In this document: piece after piece, positions 14,409 through 25,501 of the stretch
How the letters are laid out: the number at the start of each line of letters is the position of its first letter
How positions within the stretch are numbered: position 1 is the first letter of the stretch
DNA from: the human T2T-CHM13v2.0 reference genome, Homo sapiens
Assembly (NCBI RefSeq): GCF_009914755.1
Contig: NC_060931.1
Direction: 5' to 3' (one strand)
Length of the DNA stretch: 64,000 nt
Notes under the pieces: generated by a model
Told to the model about the DNA's origin: nothing
The model's database searches: none
The model's input: the letters and a program-made list of their open reading frames with translations, nothing else
Translations under genes and position numbers: made by a program

Positions 14409-15571
14409 TCATCCTTCTCTCTCCTTGCAGCTCCTACAAACCCTTAACAGAGGCCTCTCTTTGCTCCTTACTTTTCATGGGAAAAAGGTAGATTTGGACC
14501 TCAGCTGTCCTTTGGGTAGAAAGAGACCGCAGATTCATTCCTGAAACACAGTGAGTGCAAATGTAGGTGGTGAAAACAATCAGAGCCCACTGCGCTCTGG
14601 GAGTCCTCCGAGCCAGCTCACTGTTCCAAGCAAGGAGTCAGTGTCTTAGCCTTGGCCTTCAGGGCAGACATGCATCTTCTATAGGTCTTGGAGGCTGCTG
14701 TGCTGCCCACATCCATGAGGTTGTCATAGGCAGGAAACACGCCTCTTCTTCATATGTTGGGGCATTTGGAAGGTCTGAGGCTACATCCCCAGGAACATCT
14801 TTCTTCAGAAGCCTGTTCTACCCCTGTCACCTTGGAAGTTTCTTCAACAAAATATCAAACATCTCTTCCTATAAAGTAAACGTCTTTGCAAATTTGTGGT
14901 CCTTATTAATAAATACAATGGTGATAACAATAAGACTTCACTTCTTCTGCCTACTTTAAGCCAGGTGTATCCTTTATTTTGTTTGCATTTGCCATTGCTA
15001 CTGTCCTGATAGACAGAAGCGTGCATTCACCACCGCTGCCCGTTCACCTTGATTCCCTCAGGAAATCTAATTTCTAGACTCTGAGGGTTTTCATTGCTGT
15101 CAAACTCATTTGATTTGAAATCATTTTCCTGAGGCCTTTAACTCAAGAAGTGTTTTATTTATAATATTGAATATATTTCTTTTTCTTTTATTTTTCATAT
15201 TATATTTTATTATACAGTACTTGTTATAAATAGAAGTACAATGATTATATTGTAATAGAATCTTCAACTCGTCTGTGGGTGCTGCTGCAGTTTGTATCTA
15301 TGAAAGCGAATGCACTGGTCAGAGCTGATGTGATTATGGATCATGGGTTTCAGGGAGTCTTCGGCATCAGACCACTTCTCCAAGTCTGGGACTCAGTGTC
15401 CCAGATGCAGCCATGATAGAGGTGCCCTGAGTCTTTCATAGCTGGGAGGGGCATCATAGCCCTCCCAAATTCTCTGATCAGAAATTGTGGTGGTACAGAC
15501 ACCAAATTTCTTTCCCCAGAGAATGATGATCTCTGGTAGGGAGCTGCTCTAGACCCATTTTTTATTGTGCC

Positions 15572-16054
15572 ATCATCAAATCATTCCTTGCTCAGGTACC
15601 CTCTGTCTCCTGGGACTGAGTAAGGCCAGGGCACAGATGGGAATTCCTTGTCTTCCTAGACCTTGTCTCTAACTGCTGCCACCTTCCTCCATGTGACTCC
15701 TGAGACACCTACTCCTAACAGTGGACAAGCTCTGACACTGAGGCTGAACAGAACACAGTCCACAATTGTAACCGGTGCTGCAACAACATGAAACAAAAGC
15801 AATCAGGACTTCCAACTTATACAGAAAATGAACATAGAAGAGTAGCAAAGGGCAGATATTACTAATGGACAAATAGGAAGGAATCAGTTTCTGCTCTAAT
15901 GAAATCATTCAGTTGTCTTGAGTTAAGCAGGATAAACATTTCATTGCAATTACTTCAAGTCAAATGTAGCAGCTCCACAACCAACCAGCATAGCTATTTG
16001 CTTTGTGATCTTGGCAGCTTCAAAGGACTCAGAAATCCTTTCTCTGCACAAACA
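15572..16054 (+). pseudogene. Decayed TRBV relic A, copy 1
   Basis: GCCATC (dead start), IPCSGTLCLLGL + GTAAGG donor (15620), GQALTLR, AAP/NQ-like FR3 remnant, CTCTGCACAAAC nonamer-like end. Confidence 0.5.
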
Positions 16055-16517
16055 TCCCTTTGTCCATTCCAAGACCCAGGATCACACACTCTGATCCTAT
16101 CATGAAAACAATGAGGTGTGCTATACTTGCTGCGGCCTCATTTTTTGTGTGTTGAGTAGGAAGCACTGAAGAACTTTGAAAGCTTTGCTCTTGAGTCTAG
16201 GGATGTGCTGGAGCCAGCTTGTATGAGTCAGAAGAACCAAATAGGCATATTACTCTTCCCAGCTCCCAAGCAGTGAAGCCATGTTGGCCACTTGAAATCT
16301 ACCATGGTGGGTATGCTGGTACAACCGAAATTAGGAAATGCTACCAGACATGCCCCCACCTTCACAGACACCCAGTTTATCAGCACATCCCTGGGGTATT
16401 TTCTGATGTCCCTGTTATGCCATTTCTTGTGGGGCCAAAAGGGCTCAGAATTCACCTCCCCTCTACTTTTGTTCTTAGAAGCCATCACCTAAGGGGGCCT
16501 CGATTGTTCCTATTTCT

Positions 16518-16949
16518 ATTCAACCTCCAGATTCTCTTGCTCTGTAATTCTGTGTCTCCTGCAAGCATGCCAGTCTGGAACATGACAACTATTTTGAATG
16601 TAACTAAAGGTATCACTGAACCAGTTCATTATTTACAAATTATCTTTCCTCGCATAGAATATTCAGATGCTGGAGTCATTGGCAACAGAGATGGCCAAGT
16701 AGCAACTATTCTTCTGTGGCAACGAGAGACCCTGTAAAAAGGACAATTTTGCTTTGGAGACTAAGCACCTCCACACCAGTCAGGAATGACTCTGCTTTTA
16801 CTTTAGGCTGAGAGGTCAGAAGGGTCAGAATACTGAGGGTCAGAGGCCCTCAGTATTCTCCTTTCCAAGACGGAGTATGGCCACTCTCCATCTCAGTCCC
16901 TGGAAGGTGTCCGGAGCTCCCTGAGAATCCCTGCTCTGGGGCAGAATCA
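16518..16949 (+). pseudogene. Decayed TRBV relic B (TRBV12/11/7-like), copy 1
   Basis: Leader FSCSVILCLLQA; acceptor CATAG at 16657; EYSDAGVI; SGM..AERSEGS; decayed RSS ending GCAGAATCA. Confidence 0.6.
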
Positions 16950-18382
16950 CCAAGGCTCATCCTCGCCAGCTCCCCACAGGCTCCAGCAGGGCTTTCCTGC
17001 CAGGTGCAGGGCACAGGAATGGCTCTATCTGTCTCTTGGTTAGAGGGAGGCTATGCAATGATGTTTGTATAAGAGGGACTGGGATTCTGGGTCTCCATTA
17101 AAGTATTTGATAATATTTTCTTTGTTTTTTGTTTTATTTTGCCATCTCACCACTTAGGAGAGCAATCCCTTGGTAGTTATATTGTTTTTGCACTTGGTAA
17201 GGTTTTTGTGGTTAAGTCACATTAAGAAATTGTGCCTTTTTTTCCTGTTCAGCTGTAACCCAAGGCAGTGAAAGAAACAGCAATAATTTTGAAAGCAGTT
17301 ACTTATGCATCCTATGATAAAGGTGTTAAGTTCCATTGCCCACATCTAACTTTCAGTCTAGTGGAAATGAAAAGGCACAGTTAGGGGGCATGTGAGCCTG
17401 CCATGAGAGAGGTCAATGCCAATTGAGAAGTCTGTGCCAATCCCCAGTACTGTGGGATTGAAGGGGAGGGAGAGATGACCTCTCCTTCAGACCATACTCA
17501 ACAAGGAGGGAGAGGGAGTTCATCCATGGGAACCTGCGGAGAAGCATATCCCAGGGGCATCTAACTCAGGGTGCAGGAGCAAATCATTGGAAATGAAAAT
17601 GGTCCACTTCAGCTGTCACAGGAGACAGGAGAAAGAAAAGTCATACATTCCACAGTCCCCTGGCTGATTTTCTTCCTTATGATAGTATTTTGCACCAGCG
17701 TGTCCTCATCTCCCGCTGCTCCTCTGCCTCTTTCATAATCATCTCTTCCCTCTTTGCTGCTCAGATCAGTGGATGTGCATTGTACAAGCTGATCATTTCC
17801 TGTAGCAGCACCTTTGCTGGTCTTACTTATGTTCATCCTTATTTTGTGCATTAGGTATTGCTCCCTCCACCATTGCTTATTTCCTTGTAAGAGGTCTCCT
17901 TTATATATTTCAATTTTACTTTTTATTAATAGACATTTTTAACTTCATCTTTTGCTTATCTATGCTTTTGGGGTAACACTGTCATTTTTGGAGGGCATTT
18001 TTGTTTATCCTTAGTCATTCAGATTAAATAATCTCTTTATACCTCAACGTCTGTGTTTTCTTACTATTTAAAACCAAATATTGTTTCCTTTCATTCCTCT
18101 CCTTCTGTTCCTCTTTCTTTAGATGGTAGTTTTAAGGGAGAAAAAGTTAGACTATAACTGGAGCTATGTGATAAGAGTTATTCAGAATGAGGGTGGGATA
18201 TTAAGATTGGTAACTCAAAGCAATAGTCAGGGTTAGAAGTAGTGTTGGGATGAGGGTTTAGGGAAGCTGCTCATAAAACCTGCGGGATGGCACTTCTGGA
18301 ATATTCTGGCAGCTCGCTCTGTAGACATTTCTCAGCAGTCCTTGGGCCATTGCAGAAGAAACAATGATGAAACTTCACTTAT

Positions 18383-18401
18383 TGGCCACAAGATGGCACT
18401 G
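18383..18401 (+). promoter_or_regulatory. CTCF-like motif (overlaps a YY1-like AAGATGGC)
   Basis: TGGCCACAAGATGGCACTG versus core CCASYAGRKGGCRS; conserved in all three units. Confidence 0.55.
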
Positions 18402-19839
18402 TGGTCCACTGGGAACTAAAGTACTCTGGGCAGTCTGGGAGAGCAGCCTAGGAGGGAAAGGGTTAAGAAAAATTCGGGCTTGGATCCCATATTATGCAGA
18501 TGTTGCAGCAGTTTTCAGTTATTGCTAGGCTACCTACAGCTATGCAAGAGGCGGGAAGTCCCTCTAATCTTTAATGACATCTACAGTTGAAGAATGTTGG
18601 CTGGGCAGCTTTGGTGTCAGAGCAGGTGCAGACAGAGGAGCAACTGCCTCAGAGGAAAAGGCGAAAGAAAGGGGCCGGCTGTGCCCTGAGTCCAGTCCAT
18701 CTCTGCTGCACTTCATCTTCCCTGCATGTCTCTCCAGGCAACAGCTTTAACCTCCTTGAGTGATCAGGGATTCTACAAGTTTATAAGTCGTACTGATAAC
18801 ATCACCTTGGCTTAGATTCCATTGGATACCAAGCACGTGTTCTCTGGAGGGCCAAAAATATTGACAACAATTTCTAAAACACCTAAGTAAACAAACTACA
18901 GAAGGAAAATATTAGTAGATGCACCAAACAGTGCCGTTAGACCTGAAGATAATCAATGAGTAGAATTATCAAAAGGAGACTATAAATAAGTCTCTACTAA
19001 GTATTTGTGGGCATCGAGCAGTGTTTGAGTCCTCTCAGGGTAGATTAAGGAAGGAATTCAGCTATTATCTTGACTTTGGCTTGGATGAAAATCCATGACC
19101 TCCTCAATTGATTTTCTTGTAAAATATTACAGAATAATATTGAGCAAACATTTTATTTTTCTCCAGCCTGTATCCCTCCTTAGCACTAACAGGTAAAGCG
19201 AATACCTAGAGGCAAGGTTTCTTTAGTTGGGATCCATTAACTGCAGGACTGGGAGGTCCATAGCTAGGCTTCACAGGGAGTGCAAACCCCACGTGCAGGG
19301 AACCCCGTGTGTCTGTGCTGTGCCCAACTCCCCTCTGTGAGGCTGCCAAAGGGGGACTGCCGGGTCTCCCAGGACCCCACTCACAAAGAGGGAGAAAGCT
19401 GCTTGCTGGGCAAAAAAATCAATTCACCAATTGGCCAATCTGTTGAAAGCCAGAAAGAAAAGAAACGTTCAATTGTGAGACTGATGAATGCCCAATTTCC
19501 CAAGTTATAAAATGTATAGCAGCTCATGGTTCTCAGAATGATTTCAACAGCATATGAAGATATTTTTAGAAAGTTTTTGTTTTTCTAAAGCATTCCTTGA
19601 TATTGATCCTCACTTGTTTTTCAGCCCACTCATCCGTTGAGCTTAATTTGATGCCAAATTTCAATGTTGCCTATTTCAGTCACTGACCACTTCTCACATT
19701 CTCCATATCTTACACAGATACGTGTGTTCCTGTCTTTTCTTCTTTTTGTGTGATGCATTTTTAAATTGGGCTGTACAGAATACAAGCATACATTTGTAAA
19801 TGACTGCCATCTTTTATGCAGTTTAGCTGTTTAATTTTT

Positions 19840-20380
19840 AGTAACACTTTTTATTAAGGTATAATTGAGAGTAAAACACAAGTATTAATACAAAAACATC
19901 CTGGTACATTTTGACAATTGCATACACCAGTGCAACAGTAACTGAAATGATTATAAAAAAAATTTCCATCACTCAAGAAAGTGTCCTCATGCTCCTTTCC
20001 AATCAATTTCTATCCCAGAGATAAAAACTTTTCTGTTTTTATCACCATTGACTAGCTTTGTCTATTCTTCAGCTTCATATAAATGGAATCATATTTTATT
20101 AGTTATTTTTCTCCAAAATTAGTATTTCTGAAGTGTATTCATATTGTTGTATCAGTAGGTCATTCTTTCTTATGACTAATATTCCATTGCATAAATATAC
20201 CACAAATTTTTTGTGCATTCTCTTGTTGATGGATATCCATGTTATTCCTGTCTTCAACTATTATGAATAAAGTTGTTGTGAACATTCTTGTGGAAATCTT
20301 TCTTTTGGACATATGCATTCTTTTTTCTTCTTTTAAAACCTACACTTAAGAGTGGAAATACTGACTCATAGTGTAGATGT
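19840..20380 (-). mobile_element. Old L1M 3'-region fragment
   Basis: CATATAAATGGAATCATA...ATTCCATTGCATAAATATACCACA...GTTGATGGA...TATGAATAAAGTTG; paralogs at ~38810-39675 and ~56810-57340. Confidence 0.6.
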
Positions 20381-20384
20381 GTGT

Positions 20385-21120
20385 GCTATGCTTGCGTGTC
20401 CCCACAAAAGCTCATGTTGAAATTTGTCAGTGGAATGGTATTGGGAGGTGGGACAGCTATGACTAGGTCATAAGGGATCTGCCCTCAGAAAGAAATCAAT
20501 GCCCTTATTGGGCGAGTGACTTAGTTTTCCCGGGAATGGTCTTCCAATAAAAAGGATGAATTCAGCTGTTTTCTCTGTCTTAAGTGCTTGCTTCCCCTTC
20601 CTTCTGCCTTGGATAACAGCAGGAGGACCTCACCAGCTGTGGCCCTTTGATCCTGGACTTCCCAGTCTCCACATCTATAAGCCAAATAAACCTCTTGTCT
20701 TTATACATTGCCCAGTCCGTGGTATTTCTCTATAGCAGTAGGAAAGAAATTGAAAGAAAATATGGCACCATGAGGCTGTTGTTATAATACCTGAAAATGT
20801 AGAAGCAGCTTTGGTTAATGGGAAGTGGCTAATGGATAGAGGTTGAAAGAATTGGGAGGAGCAGACTAGCAAAAGCCTAGACTCCTGAAAACAGAGCATT
20901 AAGGGCAATTCTGGTGAAGTGTCAGGGGGAAATGAGGGACAAGCTATCGGAAATTGAAGCAAATACCATCCTTGTTATAAATAGCAAAAACCTTGGCAAA
21001 ATTGTGTCCTGTTCTAGGACTTTATGGAATATAAAATTATGAGCCATTCACTAGGATATCAACTGAAAGAAATATCTAAGCGGCAAAGCATTCAGGCTAC
21101 TGTGTGACTACTTTCGGGCA
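20385..21120 (+). mobile_element. ERVL-MaLR (MST-like) LTR followed by an internal fragment
   Basis: TGCTATG...CATGTTGAAAT...TTGGGAGGTGGG...TGGACTTCCCAGTCTCC...AAATAAAC...GGTATTTCTCTATAGCAG, then TACCTGAAAATGTAGAAGCAGCTTTGG internal sequence. Confidence 0.7.
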
Positions 21121-21737
21121 CCAGGAAATTTCACCCAGCAAGAAGGGAGCCATGGGAATAGATTTTGCAAACCAGCACAGATGGTAACCCTACCTCCCTC
21201 TGCTGTCCTGTCTCCCATAAGCCAAACCCTGTGCTGTGAGCTCTTAAAATCCTAGAATTATTTCTGGGGAATCTATACTCTTAATAATTTATAGACAACC
21301 CAGGTCTGCTTTGGATCTGATCAGACGGACTAAATCTTGGGGACTCTGCACCACTGGCCACTGAAGAAAGGGGCTGGGAATGTTGATGGGACAGGAAAAT
21401 ATAATAAGAAACATTGGTGTGAATCTAGTATCAGAAAGATGATGTGAGGACAACAAGGAAGAGCTGGAATGTGAGGGTTTAATCACAGGCTCCTCACCCT
21501 CCGCTGATGGGTAGGTGTGTTAGCTCCAGCATGGAGCACCACCGCACTAGGTGGGGGAAGGGTGAGAGGGCAATGGGGCAGCCTGTGAGCTGGGGCAACG
21601 TAGGCAGAGAAGGAACTGTGTCACCACAGAAACTTCTGCCTTCACCCATCCCTTCAGCTCTGCAGGACAGGTAGAGACTCCAGGATCATCCACTGAGCAC
21701 TGGACATAAGGAAGGCTGCATGGGGAGGACTCAGGAC

Positions 21738-21747
21738 AGTGACATCA
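21738..21747 (+). promoter_or_regulatory. TRBV promoter decamer of TRBV5-4
   Basis: AGTGACATCA about 107 nt upstream of the ATG. Confidence 0.8.
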
Positions 21748-21853
21748 CAGGATACCCCTCCTATTAGGAAAATCAAGGCCCAGAATTCACTCGGCTCTTC
21801 CCCAGGAGGACCAAGCCCTGAATCAGGTGCAGTGCTGCCTGCCCCACTGTGCC

Positions 21854-22318
21854 ATGGGCCCTGGGCTCCTCTGCTGGGTGCTGCTTTGTCTCCTGGGAGC
21901 AGGTGAGTCCTGGGCACAGGACAGCAGCCCCATTCTCAGCTTTCCCACCCATGTCCTCCACTTTACCTTGGGGAGGACCTCCAGGCTTTCTGCTGTGCTC
22001 ATCCTCCATCTGCTTTTCCCACAGGCTCAGTGGAGACTGGAGTCACCCAAAGTCCCACACACCTGATCAAAACGAGAGGACAGCAAGTGACTCTGAGATG
22101 CTCTTCTCAGTCTGGGCACAACACTGTGTCCTGGTACCAACAGGCCCTGGGTCAGGGGCCCCAGTTTATCTTTCAGTATTATAGGGAGGAAGAGAATGGC
22201 AGAGGAAACTTCCCTCCTAGATTCTCAGGTCTCCAGTTCCCTAATTATAGCTCTGAGCTGAATGTGAACGCCTTGGAGCTGGACGACTCGGCCCTGTATC
22301 TCTGTGCCAGCAGCTTGG
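21854..22318 (+). CDS. TRBV5-4: TCR beta variable segment TRBV5-4 (leader 21854-21902, intron 21903-22024, V exon 22025-22318)
   Basis: MGPGLLCWVLLCLLGA|GSVETGVTQSPTHLIKTRGQQVTLRCSSQSGHNTVSWYQQ...YYREEE...YLCASSL. Confidence 0.96.
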
Positions 22319-22357
22319 CACAGCCCGGCAGAGTCTCTGACATTCTATACATAAACT
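22319..22357 (+). other. 23-RSS of TRBV5-4
   Basis: CACAGCC + 23 nt + ACATAAACT. Confidence 0.9.
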
Positions 22358-23564
22358 TCCTGCCTTAGCTTTGACTTGAGAGCTGCAGGCCCCACCCAGG
22401 TTTCACTCCTGCAAGGGAAGCTTTTAGTTGTATGGAAGGCATGTGTTGTGTCCTACTGAGCACAGAGCTCTCCCAAACAGAGCCCAGGTTTCCTATGCCC
22501 TGAGTGTGCCGGCTTCTGTGCAGCATCTTCTTGCAGCTTGTCACTTCCTGGGTAACTTCAGTAGAAGAGTGACTGCGGAGCCCCAGATGTGTGCTAGATT
22601 CTTTGAATTTGTTATATAGCTTAAAGTCTTTCAACAACCTTGCACATCAATCATTCTTATTCTTCCTTGACAGATGGAAGTCTCAGGGACATTCAGTCAT
22701 TTTCCCCAGTGTCTCCTGGCTTGTAAGGACCAGAAGTAGGAAACAAAGTAGTGCATCCATTTTCCACCTACCCCCCTGCTCCATCATCACCTTCTGTGTC
22801 CTGGTCAGTAAGTCAGAGCCCTCAAACTGCCATCTAGTGACCAGCAGGGCCTCACTAGAGGCTTACATGTCTTCAGGGGTCATTACTCTGGCCTCTTCAT
22901 TAGAAACTTTGAGGAATGTTAAATTTAACACTTTTTAAAAATCATTTATATGCATTCCCTTTGTCTATCCCCAGTCTGCAGCCTACACTTTCATTTTTAT
23001 GGTGTTTTACACAAGTTTAATTTAATGCAACAATAACTAAAAACAATTTTGTTTGTGTGTAGACAAAAACTGCTTTCTCATATAAATGTCTAATGATATT
23101 TTTCTCAATTTATTCTACTAAAATTTAAGTTTGGATTTTCACCAATAAGAATAAATGAACCTGAAATATATCTCATGTGAGAAATAAGATAGAGACCTAG
23201 GAATTGGAGGGAAGCACATATGTTCAGTGAAGAAGCAATCGTCTGTCAAAAAGAGCTCTAAAGTGGACACCTCGTGCTGACAGTGGAGAGATAATTGGAA
23301 GGCAAATTATCATGAACCTTGTCTGTCTATTGTCTTGTAGAAGAAAGACAGCCAGGAGCAGAGACAACATGGGCGAATGTTTATGACTGGACTTCAGGTT
23401 GAAGGTTGCAGCAGGTAGAGGGAGGAGTTGCAGGCAGAGGGCAGAATCACTAGCTGGCAGGGGCAGTGGCATCACCAGTGACTCTACTGACATCCAGGAA
23501 TTATGTCCCCAACGCACAAGCTGAAAAACCTCCCACAATTCGCCGAATTTTCCCTGACCCTGCC

Positions 23565-24017
23565 TTGGCCACCAGATTTCTCAATGGTGCGGCCTTTTAC
23601 CTCCTGGGGGCAGGTGAGTCCCCTAAAGCCTTTTCCTTGGCTTACCACATCCTAGCCTAAGCCTTTACCACAGGTCTACATTATTGAGGTCCCTCTTTGG
23701 GCACTCAACTTCCTTCTATCATAGACTTCATAGAATCTGGGATAACCAGATCCCAAGATACCAGAGAACAAAGGCAGGATGCGAAGCAACATGGAGATGC
23801 CTAAGACTGTCATCCATGACATGTGTAGGTGTTAATAGGAGCTGAAGCTGGTGCACAGCTGATCCGTCCCAGCACACACTACAGAGAAATTGCTGAGGGT
23901 CTGTAACTTTCTCTCAAAGCTAAATATGTGGCCTTGGTGTCAGACAGCCTCTCCCAGACCTCTGTGCCCTCTTGCACCAGCAGTCACCCCACAGCCACCT
24001 TCCTCTGCACACAAAGC
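23565..24017 (+). pseudogene. Decayed TRBV relic C (TRBV10/8-like), copy 1, ending in a 12-spacer RSS-like element
   Basis: Exact 49-nt leader (TTG)ATRFLNGAAFYLLGA|GTGAGT; acceptor ATAG at 23724; PRYQRTKAG..TWRC; SQTSV..CTSS; CACAGCC-12-ACACAAAGC. Confidence 0.75.
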
Positions 24018-24944
24018 TCAGTGGAAGATATAGGTGGCCTCGTCTTCACGAGACTGCGATCCAGGCAGCGGAAGACGTTGTCCCATAGAAGTCTCCCCAA
24101 CACTGCCCAGGCTGGGGCCCTCAGATTTCTGAGCAGCTCTGTGCATGGGAAACTCTGCCCTGTGCTGAGCTTCTCTTCCAGGCCAGTCTCAGCTGGACGA
24201 CGGAATGTACTTTACCATGATGTGAGTGGATGCAGCCTCTCTTCCAGGCCCCTCCTGCAGCTCTGGCCTCAGAAGTCCTTTTCTTCAGTTATTCTCGAAA
24301 GGAAAGCTCATTTGAAGTTGTATATTTGCAGACAGCATTGACAACACAGGTCTATGTTCTTTTCCCTGTCAGCATTCACAACTCCATCTTCCCCACACCA
24401 CACTCACGTCAGTCCTCAGCCTCCTCCACGTGATGTCCGCTCCCAGCTGTCCTCTCCCTTCCTCTGCATCCTCACCTCCAGGTCAACCACAGATGCCTCA
24501 GTTCAGGCCATTCCTCACGCGTCATGCTCCTCCTACCAAAGCCCTTTCCACTCCACGCTGTATCCTCTGGGTCAACACAAGTCTCTTCTTTTTTGTTCTT
24601 GCTCCAAATCTCAGTTTAACCACTACCATCTCTAGGGATACGCTCCTTCAACAGTTTTCCTAGGCTGCACCTCCTTAATATAAATCCTCACAGCTCATAA
24701 TGTGCGTTAGTATTCATAGATTTAACACCATTGTCATTTTCCATGACTTCGGGTGACTAATGGACTCTTCTCTTGCTCTCTAGACTGTAAAACGCATCAT
24801 TTTAGAAATTGTGGATGTTTTGTTCCTGATTTTATCATCAGTACAAACAGCGGTTCCAGGTGCCAGTGGCCAATCTTGAAAGAATAAAGGATGGATAGTG
24901 AAAGGCCCTCTGGGTTCCCACGTAGAGTGTTTCAGAAGTCTGGA

Positions 24945-25216
24945 CGCATTAAGCGGGAACCTCTATCCCTTCATCTCCTAGGATCTAATGAGTCCTGGAA
25001 ACAGAGGAGAAATCCCTGTCATGGATGAGTAACTGGATCCAAGCCTTTCTGCAGGACTGAATTTCCTAACTGCCCACCGCCTTCCTGGCTTTTCTCCTCC
25101 AATGTCCTTCCCTCACAGGTGTCCTGGATTTGGGAGTCTCACAGACACAGCACACCTAATCATTGGCAGAGTGGTGTGAAATATAGCATTAAATACTGGC
25201 ATTAAAAGGTGATGGA
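24945..25216 (+). pseudogene. Decayed TRBV relic D (TRBV9/5-like 5' part), copy 1, interrupted by an Alu
   Basis: LSLHLLGS + ATGAGTCCTGG (mutated GTGAGTCCTGG donor as in TRBV5); CCCTCACAG acceptor; GVLDLGVSQT..HLI. Confidence 0.55.
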
Positions 25217-25501
25217 GGCTGGGTGCAGTGGCTCATGCTTGTAATACCAGCACTTTGGGAGGTCAAGGAGGGCAGATGATGAGGTCAGGTTAGCCTGGCT
25301 AACATGTGAAACCCCAACTCTACTAAAAATACAAAATCAAAATTAACCAGCCGTGGTGGCAGTCGCCTATAGTCCCAGCTACTCAGTAGACTGAGGCCGG
25401 AGAATGGCGTGAACCAGGGAGGTGGAGCTCACAGTGAGCTGAGATCTCACCAGTGTACTCCAGCCTGGGCGAGAGAGCAAGACTCTTTCTAAAAAAAAAA
25501 A
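25217..25501 (+). mobile_element. Alu (AluY-like) with a 13-nt TSD
   Basis: GAATGGCGTGAACC diagnostic; flanks AAAAGGTGATGGA / AAAAGTTCATGGA; empty site TTAAAAGGTCATGGA at 62146-62160. Confidence 0.9.

Noticed and set aside
19364-19392. GTCTCCCAGG-7-TCACAAAGAGGG, matching TRBV7-6 FR1 at 22 of 29 nt
   Set aside because: Similarity does not extend on either side and could be chance.
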